Below are positions 46,595-55,540 of a stretch of DNA of 64,000 nt, piece by piece (the stretch's first letter is position 1; each line of letters starts with the position of its first letter). The stretch is from a virus, in the IMG/VR virus record IMGVR_UViG_3300032242_000488, positions 64,001 through 128,000 of that record; one strand, 5' to 3'. The translations under genes were made by a program, and so were the position numbers. The notes below the pieces were generated by a model that was not told where the DNA came from, ran no database searches, and was given only the letters and a program-made list of their open reading frames with translations.

Positions 46595-46986
46595 ACAGAA
46601 AAACCTACACTAAGATATTCTTAAAGCAAGCCGATATGGCTCTGACTGAGGAAAATATTAGTGCTAGTATGCGTGTGTGGTGGCAAAACAACAGAACCAA
46701 AAGCGAAGGTGGTCTACGTCTAACTGAAAAAGGTTTGGACTTTTTAAGGACTAAATTGGATTTGGCTGTTTACGAAGTTCCGTTTCCTACCGGCTTCGAT
46801 TTAAAACCGCAAGTGATTATATTTTTGGATAGATTTATAGACTGTCCATATTTCTTAACAGATCGCTCAATAACTGTACTTTCGGAAAGAAAGTGTTTTG
46901 AGTTATACTTATTCAACGGTGATGTCCAAAAGTACGGCGTAACCAAAGCAATGAGTCGCAAAAAAGCCACAGAAGAAAATAATTAA
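46591..46986 (+). CDS. Hypothetical protein
   Basis: 'GGLRLTEKG' winged-helix-like motif. Confidence 0.6.
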   Translation: MNRKTYTKIFLKQADMALTEENISASMRVWWQNNRTKSEGGLRLTEKGLDFLRTKLDLAVYEVPFPTGFDLKPQVIIFLDRFIDCPYFLTDRSITVLSERKCFELYLFNGDVQKYGVTKAMSRKKATEENN

Positions 46987-46994
46987 AAAAGTTC

Positions 46995-47022
46995 TTGACT
47001 TTTCTAGTGTTCTGCGTTATAA
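46995..47022 (+). promoter_or_regulatory. Sigma70-type promoter TTGACT-N16-TATAAT
   Basis: Upstream of the AAA ATPase. Confidence 0.6.
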
Positions 47023-47075
47023 TACTAATACTGCGAAACAAAAGCAGTTCAATTTTTTAACAGACAGGAGCTAGT

Positions 47076-48170
47076 ATGGCAAAAGCAGAAGTTATCAATC
47101 GTCAAGTGAGCCCGAACGGTGCGAAGAACGCTATTCGTAAGGCATTTAAGAAACAGCGTCCTTTGTTCCTCTGGGGTCCTCCAGGCATTGGTAAGTCTGA
47201 TGTCATTCATCAGTTAGGCGCAGAAATGGATGCTCACGTTATTGACATTCGTTTGAGTCTTTGGGAACCTACCGATATTAAAGGTATTCCTTACTTTGAC
47301 AGCAACTCAGGTACTATGGTTTGGGGTAGCCCTTCCGAATTACCTACGCAAGAGTTTGCATCCAAATTCCCCCACGTTATTTTGTTCTTAGACGAAATGA
47401 ACTCTGCGGCTCCTAGCGTACAGGCCGCGGCTTATCAGCTGATTTTGAATCGTCGTGTTGGACAATATAAACTGCCCGATAATGTTTTGATTGTTGCCGC
47501 TGGTAACAGAGAAGCAGACAAAGGCGTTACTTATCGTATGCCTGCTCCGTTGGCTAACCGTTTTGTTCACTTGGAAATGCGTGTGGACTTTGATGACTGG
47601 TCACAATGGGCTACCGATAATCGCGTTCACCAGGACGTTGTAGGCTATGTTACTTTTGCTAAGAAAGACTTGTACGACTTTGATCCAAAGTCTAGCTCAC
47701 GTGCCTTTGCTACTCCACGTAGCTGGTCTTTTGTTAGCGAGTTGTTGGAAGATGACGACACTAGCAACGACACATTGACCGATTTGATTGCGGGTGCAGT
47801 TGGAGAAGGTTTGGCTATTAAGTTTATGGCTCATCGTAAGATTAGCTCTAAATTGCCTAAGCCAGAAGACATCCTTGCAGGCAAGGTTAAGAAAATGGAC
47901 ACCAAAGAAATTAGTGCCATGTACTCTTTGACTGTGTCATTGTGCTATGAGCTCAAAGACGCCGCTGACAAGAACGACAAGAAGTTTAACGACAAGGTTA
48001 ACTACTTCTTCCAGTTCATGATGGATAATTTTGAAACAGAATTGGTTGTTATGGGTACCAAACTTGCATTGACACAATATCAATTGCCGTTGGATCCAGA
48101 TGAGATTGCATGTTTTGATGACTTCCATACTAAGTTTGGCAAGTACATTGCGGCTGCTCAAACCAAATAA
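47076..48170 (+). CDS. MoxR-like AAA+ ATPase
   Basis: GPPGIGKS, 'FLDEMN', 'AAGNR', 'LANRF', 'TPRSW'. Confidence 0.85.
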   Translation: MAKAEVINRQVSPNGAKNAIRKAFKKQRPLFLWGPPGIGKSDVIHQLGAEMDAHVIDIRLSLWEPTDIKGIPYFDSNSGTMVWGSPSELPTQEFASKFPHVILFLDEMNSAAPSVQAAAYQLILNRRVGQYKLPDNVLIVAAGNREADKGVTYRMPAPLANRFVHLEMRVDFDDWSQWATDNRVHQDVVGYVTFAKKDLYDFDPKSSSRAFATPRSWSFVSELLEDDDTSNDTLTDLIAGAVGEGLAIKFMAHRKISSKLPKPEDILAGKVKKMDTKEISAMYSLTVSLCYELKDAADKNDKKFNDKVNYFFQFMMDNFETELVVMGTKLALTQYQLPLDPDEIACFDDFHTKFGKYIAAAQTK

Positions 48171-48177
48171 GCAGACA

Positions 48178-48205
48178 ATAAAAGGTGCAGAGATGCACCT
48201 TTTAT
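48178..48205 (+). terminator. Intrinsic terminator
   Basis: ATAAAAGGTGCA-GAGA-TGCACCTTTTAT. Confidence 0.75.
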
Positions 48206-48206
48206 C

Positions 48207-48235
48207 TTGACTTTTATACAGAATGACTGTATAAT
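48207..48235 (+). promoter_or_regulatory. Sigma70-type promoter TTGACT-N17-TATAAT
   Basis: Immediately after the terminator, upstream of the VWA gene. Confidence 0.7.
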
Positions 48236-48267
48236 ACATATATACAGTAAACATTTAGGAGCATAAA

Positions 48268-49446
48268 ATGGCATATAGTACTGATCCAGTTATTGACAAA
48301 ATTGTAGTAGCCCGAGTAGGCTTGCTATTACGTCATCCGTTTTTTGGCAATATGGCAACTCGCATGAAACTTATAGATGCGTCCGATTGGTTGCCTACTG
48401 CCGCTACTGACTTCCGTAACTTCTATTTTAACAGAGAGTTCTTTGAGAAAATGACTCCACGTCAAGTTGAGTTTGTAGTAGCACACGAAATCTTGCATTG
48501 TGTATTTGATCACATGATGCGTAACGAAGGTAGAGAAAAACAGATTTGGAATATTGCCGCTGACTATTGTGTTAACGGTATTTTAAAACGTGACCGTATC
48601 GGTGACGATCCTCCTGTTAAATTCTTCTATGATCGCAAGTATGACAACTGGTCAGCTGAACAGGTCTACGACGAAATCTACAACAAGTATGATGAAGAAC
48701 AACTTAACCAGTTGGGTCAAATGTTGGATCATCATATGGACCCAGAAGGCGGTAAGGATGGACAGCCACAGTACTCTAAAGAAGAACTGAAAAAGATACG
48801 TGACGAGATCAAAGAAGCAATGATCCAAAGTGCCAATGCCGCAGGTGCAGGTAATGTGCCCGGTGAGATTGCACGTATGATCAAAGACATGACCGAGCCT
48901 AAAATGGATTGGCGTGAAATGTTGCGTATGAACATTCAAAGCCTTGTTAAAAATGACTTTAGTTTTAGTCGTCCTAACCGCAAAGGTCAAATGACAGGTG
49001 CTGTATTACCAGGCTGTAACTTTGACACTAGCATTGACGTTTGCGTGGCACTTGACATGTCAGGTTCTATCAGTGATGAAATGGGTGCGGATTTCTTAGG
49101 TGAAGTCAAAGGTATCATGCAAGAGTTCAAAGACTTTAACATTAAGATCTGGTGTTTTGACACTAAGGTTTATAATGAACAAGACTATGACAGCTATAAC
49201 GGCGACGAAATCGACGAGTACGAGATCATGGGCGGTGGCGGTACCGAATTTGACTGTAACTGGGATTACATGAAAGAGCATGATATCCGTCCTAAGAAGT
49301 TTATTATGTTTACAGACGGTTATCCTTGGAGCTCTTGGGGTGACGAAGACTACTGTGATACCATCTTTGTTATCCACGGTAATGACACTATTGTTCCTCC
49401 GTTTGGTAGCTATGCCTACTACGATATGGAAACTTCAACAGCCTAA
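48268..49446 (+). CDS. HExxH metallopeptidase-like plus VWA domain protein (DUF2201-like)
   Basis: 'AHEILH'; MIDAS 'DMSGS'; 'GGGGT'; 'FTDG'. Confidence 0.85.
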   Translation: MAYSTDPVIDKIVVARVGLLLRHPFFGNMATRMKLIDASDWLPTAATDFRNFYFNREFFEKMTPRQVEFVVAHEILHCVFDHMMRNEGREKQIWNIAADYCVNGILKRDRIGDDPPVKFFYDRKYDNWSAEQVYDEIYNKYDEEQLNQLGQMLDHHMDPEGGKDGQPQYSKEELKKIRDEIKEAMIQSANAAGAGNVPGEIARMIKDMTEPKMDWREMLRMNIQSLVKNDFSFSRPNRKGQMTGAVLPGCNFDTSIDVCVALDMSGSISDEMGADFLGEVKGIMQEFKDFNIKIWCFDTKVYNEQDYDSYNGDEIDEYEIMGGGGTEFDCNWDYMKEHDIRPKKFIMFTDGYPWSSWGDEDYCDTIFVIHGNDTIVPPFGSYAYYDMETSTA

Positions 49447-49730
49447 TGTTATCTTTAGATAAGATTAATCCCCTTAATGTATTAGGGTGCAGGGAGGTGA
49501 GTGATCCGCCTCCCCATTTCCATTATCTTCAATTAAACCTTAAATATAATATCGTAGAATCTGTTAGACAATGGATATACGAAAATCTGCGTAGCAGATT
49601 CTATCTAGGCGAGTGCCTACAACTTACTGATAATCAATTTACAATACAGATTAAAATTGGATTTGAAGAGCCAAAAGAAGCCAGTTTCTTTTTGCTTGCT
49701 TGTCCACTTTTAAAGTATGTAAATCATTAA
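49446..49730 (+). CDS. Hypothetical protein
   Basis: Coupled 94-aa ORF. Confidence 0.6.
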   Translation: MLSLDKINPLNVLGCREVSDPPPHFHYLQLNLKYNIVESVRQWIYENLRSRFYLGECLQLTDNQFTIQIKIGFEEPKEASFFLLACPLLKYVNH

Positions 49731-49770
49731 AGTGATATATAATAGTACTTACAACCAAAGGAGTAAAAAC

Positions 49771-50001
49771 ATGACTGAAACAACTACACAACCAGAAGCA
49801 CAAACTACACCAGAAGCACCAGCATCTGTAGATTTAACTGTACAAGATCTAGCAGGTCTACGTTCAGTAATCGATGTAGCAAGTTCACGTGGCGCATTTA
49901 AAGCCGCTGAAATGGAAGCTGTTGGAAAAATCTTCAACAAGCTAAATGCATTCTTGGACCAAGTAGCTAAACAACAGCCTGCACCAGCAGAAGGACAATA
50001 A
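49771..50001 (+). CDS. Hypothetical protein
   Basis: AAGGAG SD; 'IDVASSRGAFKA.E' motif. Confidence 0.65.
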   Translation: MTETTTQPEAQTTPEAPASVDLTVQDLAGLRSVIDVASSRGAFKAAEMEAVGKIFNKLNAFLDQVAKQQPAPAEGQ

Positions 50002-50005
50002 TCTA

Positions 50006-50620
50006 ATGGCCGATATCAAACACATTGGAAGGTTCAAGTCAAACGGACGTAAATGTCTGATTGCCTATAGAACACTGCCCGGTGAAAGTGATTCTGCATT
50101 AGTTATTCAAACTGAAAATTTAACTGACGAAAACCATGACTCTCTAATGAAATTAGTTGAGTCACAAGGTGCTCAATCCAGTTATGAATTTGCAGAAGTC
50201 CTAGCACGAACAAGATTCCAAGACGGTAGTATTATGCTATCTAATTTGCATAGTAACAAAAAATTACTTAAGGTAAAAACTAGCGAGATTGAAGTAGTTC
50301 CAAACATGAAAGCTGTTATTAGTTTAGATCAACTAAACCAATTAATTGCTGAACAGCGTGGAATTAGTGTCAATGACCTAGCGTTAGGTAATCAAACTTC
50401 TGTACAAGATGTTGCTAAAGTAAATGATCTAACAGTTCAAGAAGAAACTGTTCCACAAAAAGCATTTGAAACTAAACAATTAGATCAACCACTTACTGAT
50501 ACAGACCTTGCAAAGAAATATCGTTCCGATGCAGATCGCCTTAGCAAGGAAGCCGCTCAACTTCGTAGGATGGCCGAAGAGCTAGTTCCAACAAAGAAGA
50601 AAGCTGCCGTTGACGAGTGA
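50006..50620 (+). CDS. Hypothetical protein
   Basis: 204-aa ORF. Confidence 0.65.
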   Translation: MADIKHIGRFKSNGRKCLIAYRTLPGESDSALVIQTENLTDENHDSLMKLVESQGAQSSYEFAEVLARTRFQDGSIMLSNLHSNKKLLKVKTSEIEVVPNMKAVISLDQLNQLIAEQRGISVNDLALGNQTSVQDVAKVNDLTVQEETVPQKAFETKQLDQPLTDTDLAKKYRSDADRLSKEAAQLRRMAEELVPTKKKAAVDE

Positions 50621-50937
50621 CAAAAAAGTCTTTGCCCAAAGACGTCGTTGAGTCGTGGCCAGAGATTTTTAGTGATATAGATGTTCGTGCAATACCGTTG
50701 GAGTATCTTGATTCTATACGAATCATTTTTGAAAACGGTAAAGTATGGGATATAGACATTGCCAAATATGCTAAACACTCCGGTGAGGATGACTTAGAAG
50801 GTCATCTTAAAGAACTTCTCAACAATTACGAAGAGTCTATACAACACATAGACTTTCGCTTGGATGTCGCTAAAGTTAAGAAAGATGTAATAAAACAAAC
50901 TAAGAGTTTTCTTAAAAAACCGAAAAGAGAAAAATGA
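50617..50937 (+). CDS. Hypothetical protein
   Basis: GTGA-coupled 106-aa ORF. Confidence 0.6.
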   Translation: MTKKSLPKDVVESWPEIFSDIDVRAIPLEYLDSIRIIFENGKVWDIDIAKYAKHSGEDDLEGHLKELLNNYEESIQHIDFRLDVAKVKKDVIKQTKSFLKKPKREK

Positions 50938-51470
50938 TAGCAGGAATGTTTGCAGTAGATAGTGTTGGGGGAATGGGATGGAAAGGTTCTATGCCTTGGC
51001 CCAATAACCCTGACGATATGAAATGGTTTAAGGCCACTACACAAAATCAAATTGTTGTCATGGGTAAAAAAACTTGGGAAAGTCCCGATATGCCTAGTCC
51101 GCTGCCAGGAAGACACAACGTAGTTTTTACCAATAACTTTTTTGATCAAGACGACATAGAACAGATCAAGGGCGATGTATGTGAAGCACTGATCAGTTTA
51201 AAAAGTCACAATAAAAGAAAAAATATATTTGTTATAGGTGGTCCTAACTTGCTTATGCAAAGTAGACCAGTGCTAGAACGTGTTTATCTTACTCGCATAT
51301 CAGGCGGTTATCTAAATGATACTAGCATCGATATAGTAGATTTTTTAGACGGAATGGTATTACATCAAACTGTCAATCTCGGATCTTGTATAGTAGAAGA
51401 ATATCACAATGAAGCAATATCATCAAGCGTTAAAGCATATACTAACAAACGGAAAAAACAAGACCGATAG
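50934..51470 (+). CDS. folA: Dihydrofolate reductase
   Basis: 'G.MPW...DM.WFK..T', 'MGKKTWES', 'PLPGRHNVV', 'VIGG'. Confidence 0.9.
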   Translation: MIAGMFAVDSVGGMGWKGSMPWPNNPDDMKWFKATTQNQIVVMGKKTWESPDMPSPLPGRHNVVFTNNFFDQDDIEQIKGDVCEALISLKSHNKRKNIFVIGGPNLLMQSRPVLERVYLTRISGGYLNDTSIDIVDFLDGMVLHQTVNLGSCIVEEYHNEAISSSVKAYTNKRKKQDR

Positions 51471-52236
51471 AACGGGGGTAGGAACCCGTAGCGTATTTGG
51501 TTATCAAATGCGTTTTAATCTGCAAGAAGGTTTTCCAGCTACAACTACTAAGAAGCTCGCCTGGCGAGCGGTTGTAAGCGAACTCCTCTGGTTCTTAGAG
51601 GGTAGTAGCGATGAACGCCGGCTTGCGGAGATCCTACATGGTACTAGAGATCTTTCTAAGAATACCATCTGGACTGCTAATGCCCAAGCACCTTACTGGC
51701 AAGACCGAGCACAATTTCCAGGAGACTTAGGTCGAGTCTACGGAGTCCAATGGCGAGACTTTGGTGGAGTTGATCAAATAACTAAACTTATTGCCGATTT
51801 AAAAACAAATCCAGATAGTCGTAGACATATTATCAGTGCTTGGAATCCTCCTGAACTAGATCAAATGGCATTGCCTCCGTGTCATGTTATGGCACAGTTT
51901 GATGTCACAGATGGTTATCTAAGCTGTCAGCTATATCAACGTAGCTGTGATATGTTTCTAGGTGTACCTTTTAACATTGCCAGCTATAGTTTGCTTACTC
52001 ATATACTAGCTCGCGAGTGCGGTTTTAAGGTAGGAGATTTTGTTTGGACTGGCGGTGATTGCCATATCTATAATAATCACTTTGATGCTGTAGAAGAACA
52101 GTTATCTAGAGAACCTAAGACATTGCCCACCCTCATGTTTACAGAAGGCAAAAAAATCGCCGACTATACTGTCGACGATTTCATATTAGATAACTACAAT
52201 CCGGATCCAGCTATTAAAGCTGAAATGGCTGTTTAA
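51409..52236 (+). CDS. thyA: Thymidylate synthase
   Basis: 'DRTGVGT', 'ALPPCH', 'YQRSCDMFLGVPFNIASY', 'HIYNNH'. Confidence 0.96.
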   Translation: MKQYHQALKHILTNGKNKTDRTGVGTRSVFGYQMRFNLQEGFPATTTKKLAWRAVVSELLWFLEGSSDERRLAEILHGTRDLSKNTIWTANAQAPYWQDRAQFPGDLGRVYGVQWRDFGGVDQITKLIADLKTNPDSRRHIISAWNPPELDQMALPPCHVMAQFDVTDGYLSCQLYQRSCDMFLGVPFNIASYSLLTHILARECGFKVGDFVWTGGDCHIYNNHFDAVEEQLSREPKTLPTLMFTEGKKIADYTVDDFILDNYNPDPAIKAEMAV

Positions 52237-55200
52237 CGTATAAATGCTTCGATTACTTTAACTCCAGTATCATCACTAGATTCTAAAGCAACAGCAAATA
52301 CATCATTAGCATGTGGTACAGCGGCTACAGCACAACCATTATTGGCAGCTACTAGTCGTTGACCTTTGCGTACAGACCCAATTACTTTAACCGGAACTCT
52401 TCCTTTTAGTGCAACAGCTACACCGCCTTCTAAGTCTTTATTCATTAGATAAGCTGGCTTATCACTAACTACACCAATTGCTAGATCACCATAGCTACTA
52501 GCAGTAACTTCTTTTTCGCCACCAATAGTTAATACAGTTCCAATTTCGTAGTCTGCATCTGGTAGATATTTTTCTGCTAAGTCAGCAAAGTATGCTTCGT
52601 TAGCAATACCAATGAATCTGTCAGCGGTAATTTGATTTGCGCTAAAGTTACCATCATTATCTCTAGCTACAATACTAGCTCCAGTATTACTAGAACTAGC
52701 ATTAACACCAATTTTAACATTGTCACCGGCACCCGGAACATAAGGAAGAACACCTTCATTTAATGTTATAAAATTACCAGCAGTTAATTGACTTACATAA
52801 TTTAAACTAGATAATGTGCTACCACTTAATTGGAAATCATCTGCAAATGAGGCATTAATTGTAATAGCACCAGTACCGTCAAAATTAGCTGTACCTTTTA
52901 AAATACCGCCTAATCCTATAGCTCTAGCCTGTTGTAGTTTATCAGCAGATGCTGCCTTACCTGTAAAGTAAGCACTAGTTCCACTACCTGTTCCTTGACT
53001 TAGTACTACAGTACCGTTTGGAGATAATACATCGCCATTTAGTCGAGCAATTACAGTACCATATCCGTTAGTACCGTCACCAAGTGTAAGTTTGTTTTGA
53101 TTAGTATCGTATGAAAATGTTGTTTGGTCTGCATAGATACTTCTTGGTTGGCTACCAGTTCCTGGTAATCCTCCAGATACAAATACTGGATAGAATGTGC
53201 CAATGTCTGTTGGTTTATCAGCTACTAGAATTTGATTTGCACTACCTACACTAACTTCTGATACATTTTTCCATGCTGGAATTGTACCTGTACTAGAAAG
53301 TACATACCCAGCCGCACCAATTGATAGATAACTAGTAGTATCTGGGGCTGTTTGATATGGCATATCACCAATTATGCCAGCTGATAAATTTTTAGCTTTA
53401 GTTGCAGTTGCGGCATTACCACCTAATCCGTCCCCTGGATCAGTTGCTGTAATAGTTATAGGGGCCGCACCAGAAACAGATTGACTTGAGAAATTAATTG
53501 TTAATGTTGTTTGACCTAATGCAGGTACATCGGCAGCAACATTAGTAATTCTTACAGTGCCTGTAATAGCTGTACCTGTTACAGTAGCATTTGATCTCCA
53601 AGTATCTCCAAGTCCGGCAAAACTCCAAGGTTGTAAATCAGCGCCAGACCCAGTGAACGTGTCAACTAATACAGTAATTGTTAATGCAATGTTATCGATA
53701 GCAGTGATTTTTCCTGCCATAGATATTGTTGGATTATTAATTGAAGTTACTTTAATTCTAGTGTTTAATTGATAACCTGTTACTTTATTAATTGTCCAAG
53801 TTTTGCTACCTGTACCAACTGTAGTTGCAGTCACTGAGCTAATATCAGTATAACCTGCTCCAGAAGGAATATTACTTCCTGTAGTTAATGAATTTTGTAC
53901 AACAATCGTAGTCGATGTTGCCGCGCCACTTGTTCCTACTAGGCTAGCACCACTTGATGTAACTGTAATTGGAGCCGCTGTAGGCGCAATATTAATATTC
54001 CAAGTTGAGTTAGTTGTTGCTCCAACACCGTCTGTTCTTGGAACTTTAAGGTTAGCTCTTGCTTGTGTATCTGTACTAGCATTTGTACCGCCTGCGGAAA
54101 TTCCTAAAATGCCGCCTACGCCAAACTTGCTGTCTACATAGACTTTTGTTGCGGCATGCAAATCGCTTGTAGGTGCGCCGCTTAGTGTTAAGAATCCAGT
54201 TAGTGTTCCGCCTATAAGTGGTAATTTTGAATCATCAACAACAGAAATATTTGCGCTACCATCAAACGGTATACCATTAATATTACGAGGAGTTTTTAAA
54301 ACTATTGCATTGTCAGCAGTACCGTTAAATGTAGTTGCTGAAATTGTACTTGTGCCGTCATTATTTCTTTTACGAGCAACTAGTGTATCTCCGCTATTTG
54401 TTGCATTGAAACTTGCTTGTAGATATGAAGTGCCAACTTTTAATGCATTTGCTTGAGCCGCAGTACCGTCAAATGTTGTAGCATATACGGTGGCCCACTT
54501 TGCACTTGTACTACCTAGATTAAATCCAGAGCCTGTTGCATCTGGTCGTACACCGTATTGATCAATGACTAACGGAAATACGGGAGTTGTATTTTGTTTA
54601 ACTGAGAATGTAATACGTTGCCCGCCTAGTCTGGCAGCAATCAATGGCTGATTAGCTACAACTGTTAACGATAGGTCATCATTTGCGCCCAATGTTACAC
54701 CTTCATCAACGCTGACTTTTACCTGATATGGCAATGTTAATAAATTGTTTACTGGACTTAGGTATTCAGAAGGTAGTTTACCACCAAATCTTAATGCATT
54801 TGATGCTGTTCCCCAAACTCTATAAGTACCACCGCCATTTGTTCCGCTAATACCAACAGCATCAACATTAGGAAAAGTAATACCACGTTTAATTTGTTTA
54901 GAAGAAGGATCTGTAAAACCTGTAATAGTACTATCTGGGTCTGCAATGTTCAGTACAAATTCATCTTCAGATATGATAAAGTTGACTGCTCCGTTAACAG
55001 TTGCGGCAATAATTCCATGAGGTGTGCCGTTTGCATCAACAACGTTACGGCTAACCATCTGTGTAATACCAGTACCTGCATTTTGTGGACCAACAGTTAG
55101 CCAATCTTCTGTTACGCCGCCAATTCTAACTTTTAACTGATCTTTAACAGAGTCAAACCATAAATCTCCTGGTGTTGGAAATGGTGGCTCTGTTGCGCTG

Positions 55201-55490
55201 TATTCTGCGCCAGTTAGTGTTTTCCAAACTTTTGCACTGGTATATGTATCACCGGTGTGTACTTTTAATTTTTTGTTAGTTGTATCGTACCAGATTTGTC
55301 CAGAAATTGCATTCGGGGGTGAAATTTCTCTTGCAAAATTTTCAAGCAAATGCACAAATGTTTCGTTTTGAATCTCTCCGTAGCCGGCATAATTTTTACC
55401 AACTAGCTGAATATCTAGCGTTTGGTCTACAGTACCGTCTTGTACTGTAGCTTGTACCGCCCCATTCCATCTGTTTATTGTATATGACAT
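52233..55490 (-). CDS. Tail fibre/baseplate protein
   Basis: Shared N-domain 'GKNYAGYG..NE.F.HLLENFA...GQIWYD'; C-terminal 'ADLAEKY..D..Y..GTV...G.VS..PAYLMN...GRVPVKV'. Confidence 0.75.
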   Translation of the reverse strand: MSYTINRWNGAVQATVQDGTVDQTLDIQLVGKNYAGYGEIQNETFVHLLENFAREISPPNAISGQIWYDTTNKKLKVHTGDTYTSAKVWKTLTGAEYSATEPPFPTPGDLWFDSVKDQLKVRIGGVTEDWLTVGPQNAGTGITQMVSRNVVDANGTPHGIIAATVNGAVNFIISEDEFVLNIADPDSTITGFTDPSSKQIKRGITFPNVDAVGISGTNGGGTYRVWGTASNALRFGGKLPSEYLSPVNNLLTLPYQVKVSVDEGVTLGANDDLSLTVVANQPLIAARLGGQRITFSVKQNTTPVFPLVIDQYGVRPDATGSGFNLGSTSAKWATVYATTFDGTAAQANALKVGTSYLQASFNATNSGDTLVARKRNNDGTSTISATTFNGTADNAIVLKTPRNINGIPFDGSANISVVDDSKLPLIGGTLTGFLTLSGAPTSDLHAATKVYVDSKFGVGGILGISAGGTNASTDTQARANLKVPRTDGVGATTNSTWNINIAPTAAPITVTSSGASLVGTSGAATSTTIVVQNSLTTGSNIPSGAGYTDISSVTATTVGTGSKTWTINKVTGYQLNTRIKVTSINNPTISMAGKITAIDNIALTITVLVDTFTGSGADLQPWSFAGLGDTWRSNATVTGTAITGTVRITNVAADVPALGQTTLTINFSSQSVSGAAPITITATDPGDGLGGNAATATKAKNLSAGIIGDMPYQTAPDTTSYLSIGAAGYVLSSTGTIPAWKNVSEVSVGSANQILVADKPTDIGTFYPVFVSGGLPGTGSQPRSIYADQTTFSYDTNQNKLTLGDGTNGYGTVIARLNGDVLSPNGTVVLSQGTGSGTSAYFTGKAASADKLQQARAIGLGGILKGTANFDGTGAITINASFADDFQLSGSTLSSLNYVSQLTAGNFITLNEGVLPYVPGAGDNVKIGVNASSSNTGASIVARDNDGNFSANQITADRFIGIANEAYFADLAEKYLPDADYEIGTVLTIGGEKEVTASSYGDLAIGVVSDKPAYLMNKDLEGGVAVALKGRVPVKVIGSVRKGQRLVAANNGCAVAAVPHANDVFAVALESSDDTGVKVIEAFIR

Positions 55491-55519
55491 CTAGTAGCCC
55501 CTAAAACTAACGTTATTAT

Positions 55520-55526
55520 TATTTAT
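55520..55526 (-). promoter_or_regulatory. T4-like late promoter (ATAAATA, minus strand)
   Basis: TATTTAT on the plus strand, upstream of the gene starting at 55490. Confidence 0.6.
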
Positions 55527-55540
55527 CGCTCTTTGTGCTT

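Noticed and set aside
51409-51470. DHFR-TS fusion by frameshift
   Set aside because: thyA has its own ATG and a canonical N-terminus (MKQYH); the 62-nt overlap is explained by a DHFR C-terminal run-on, and no slippery site was evident.
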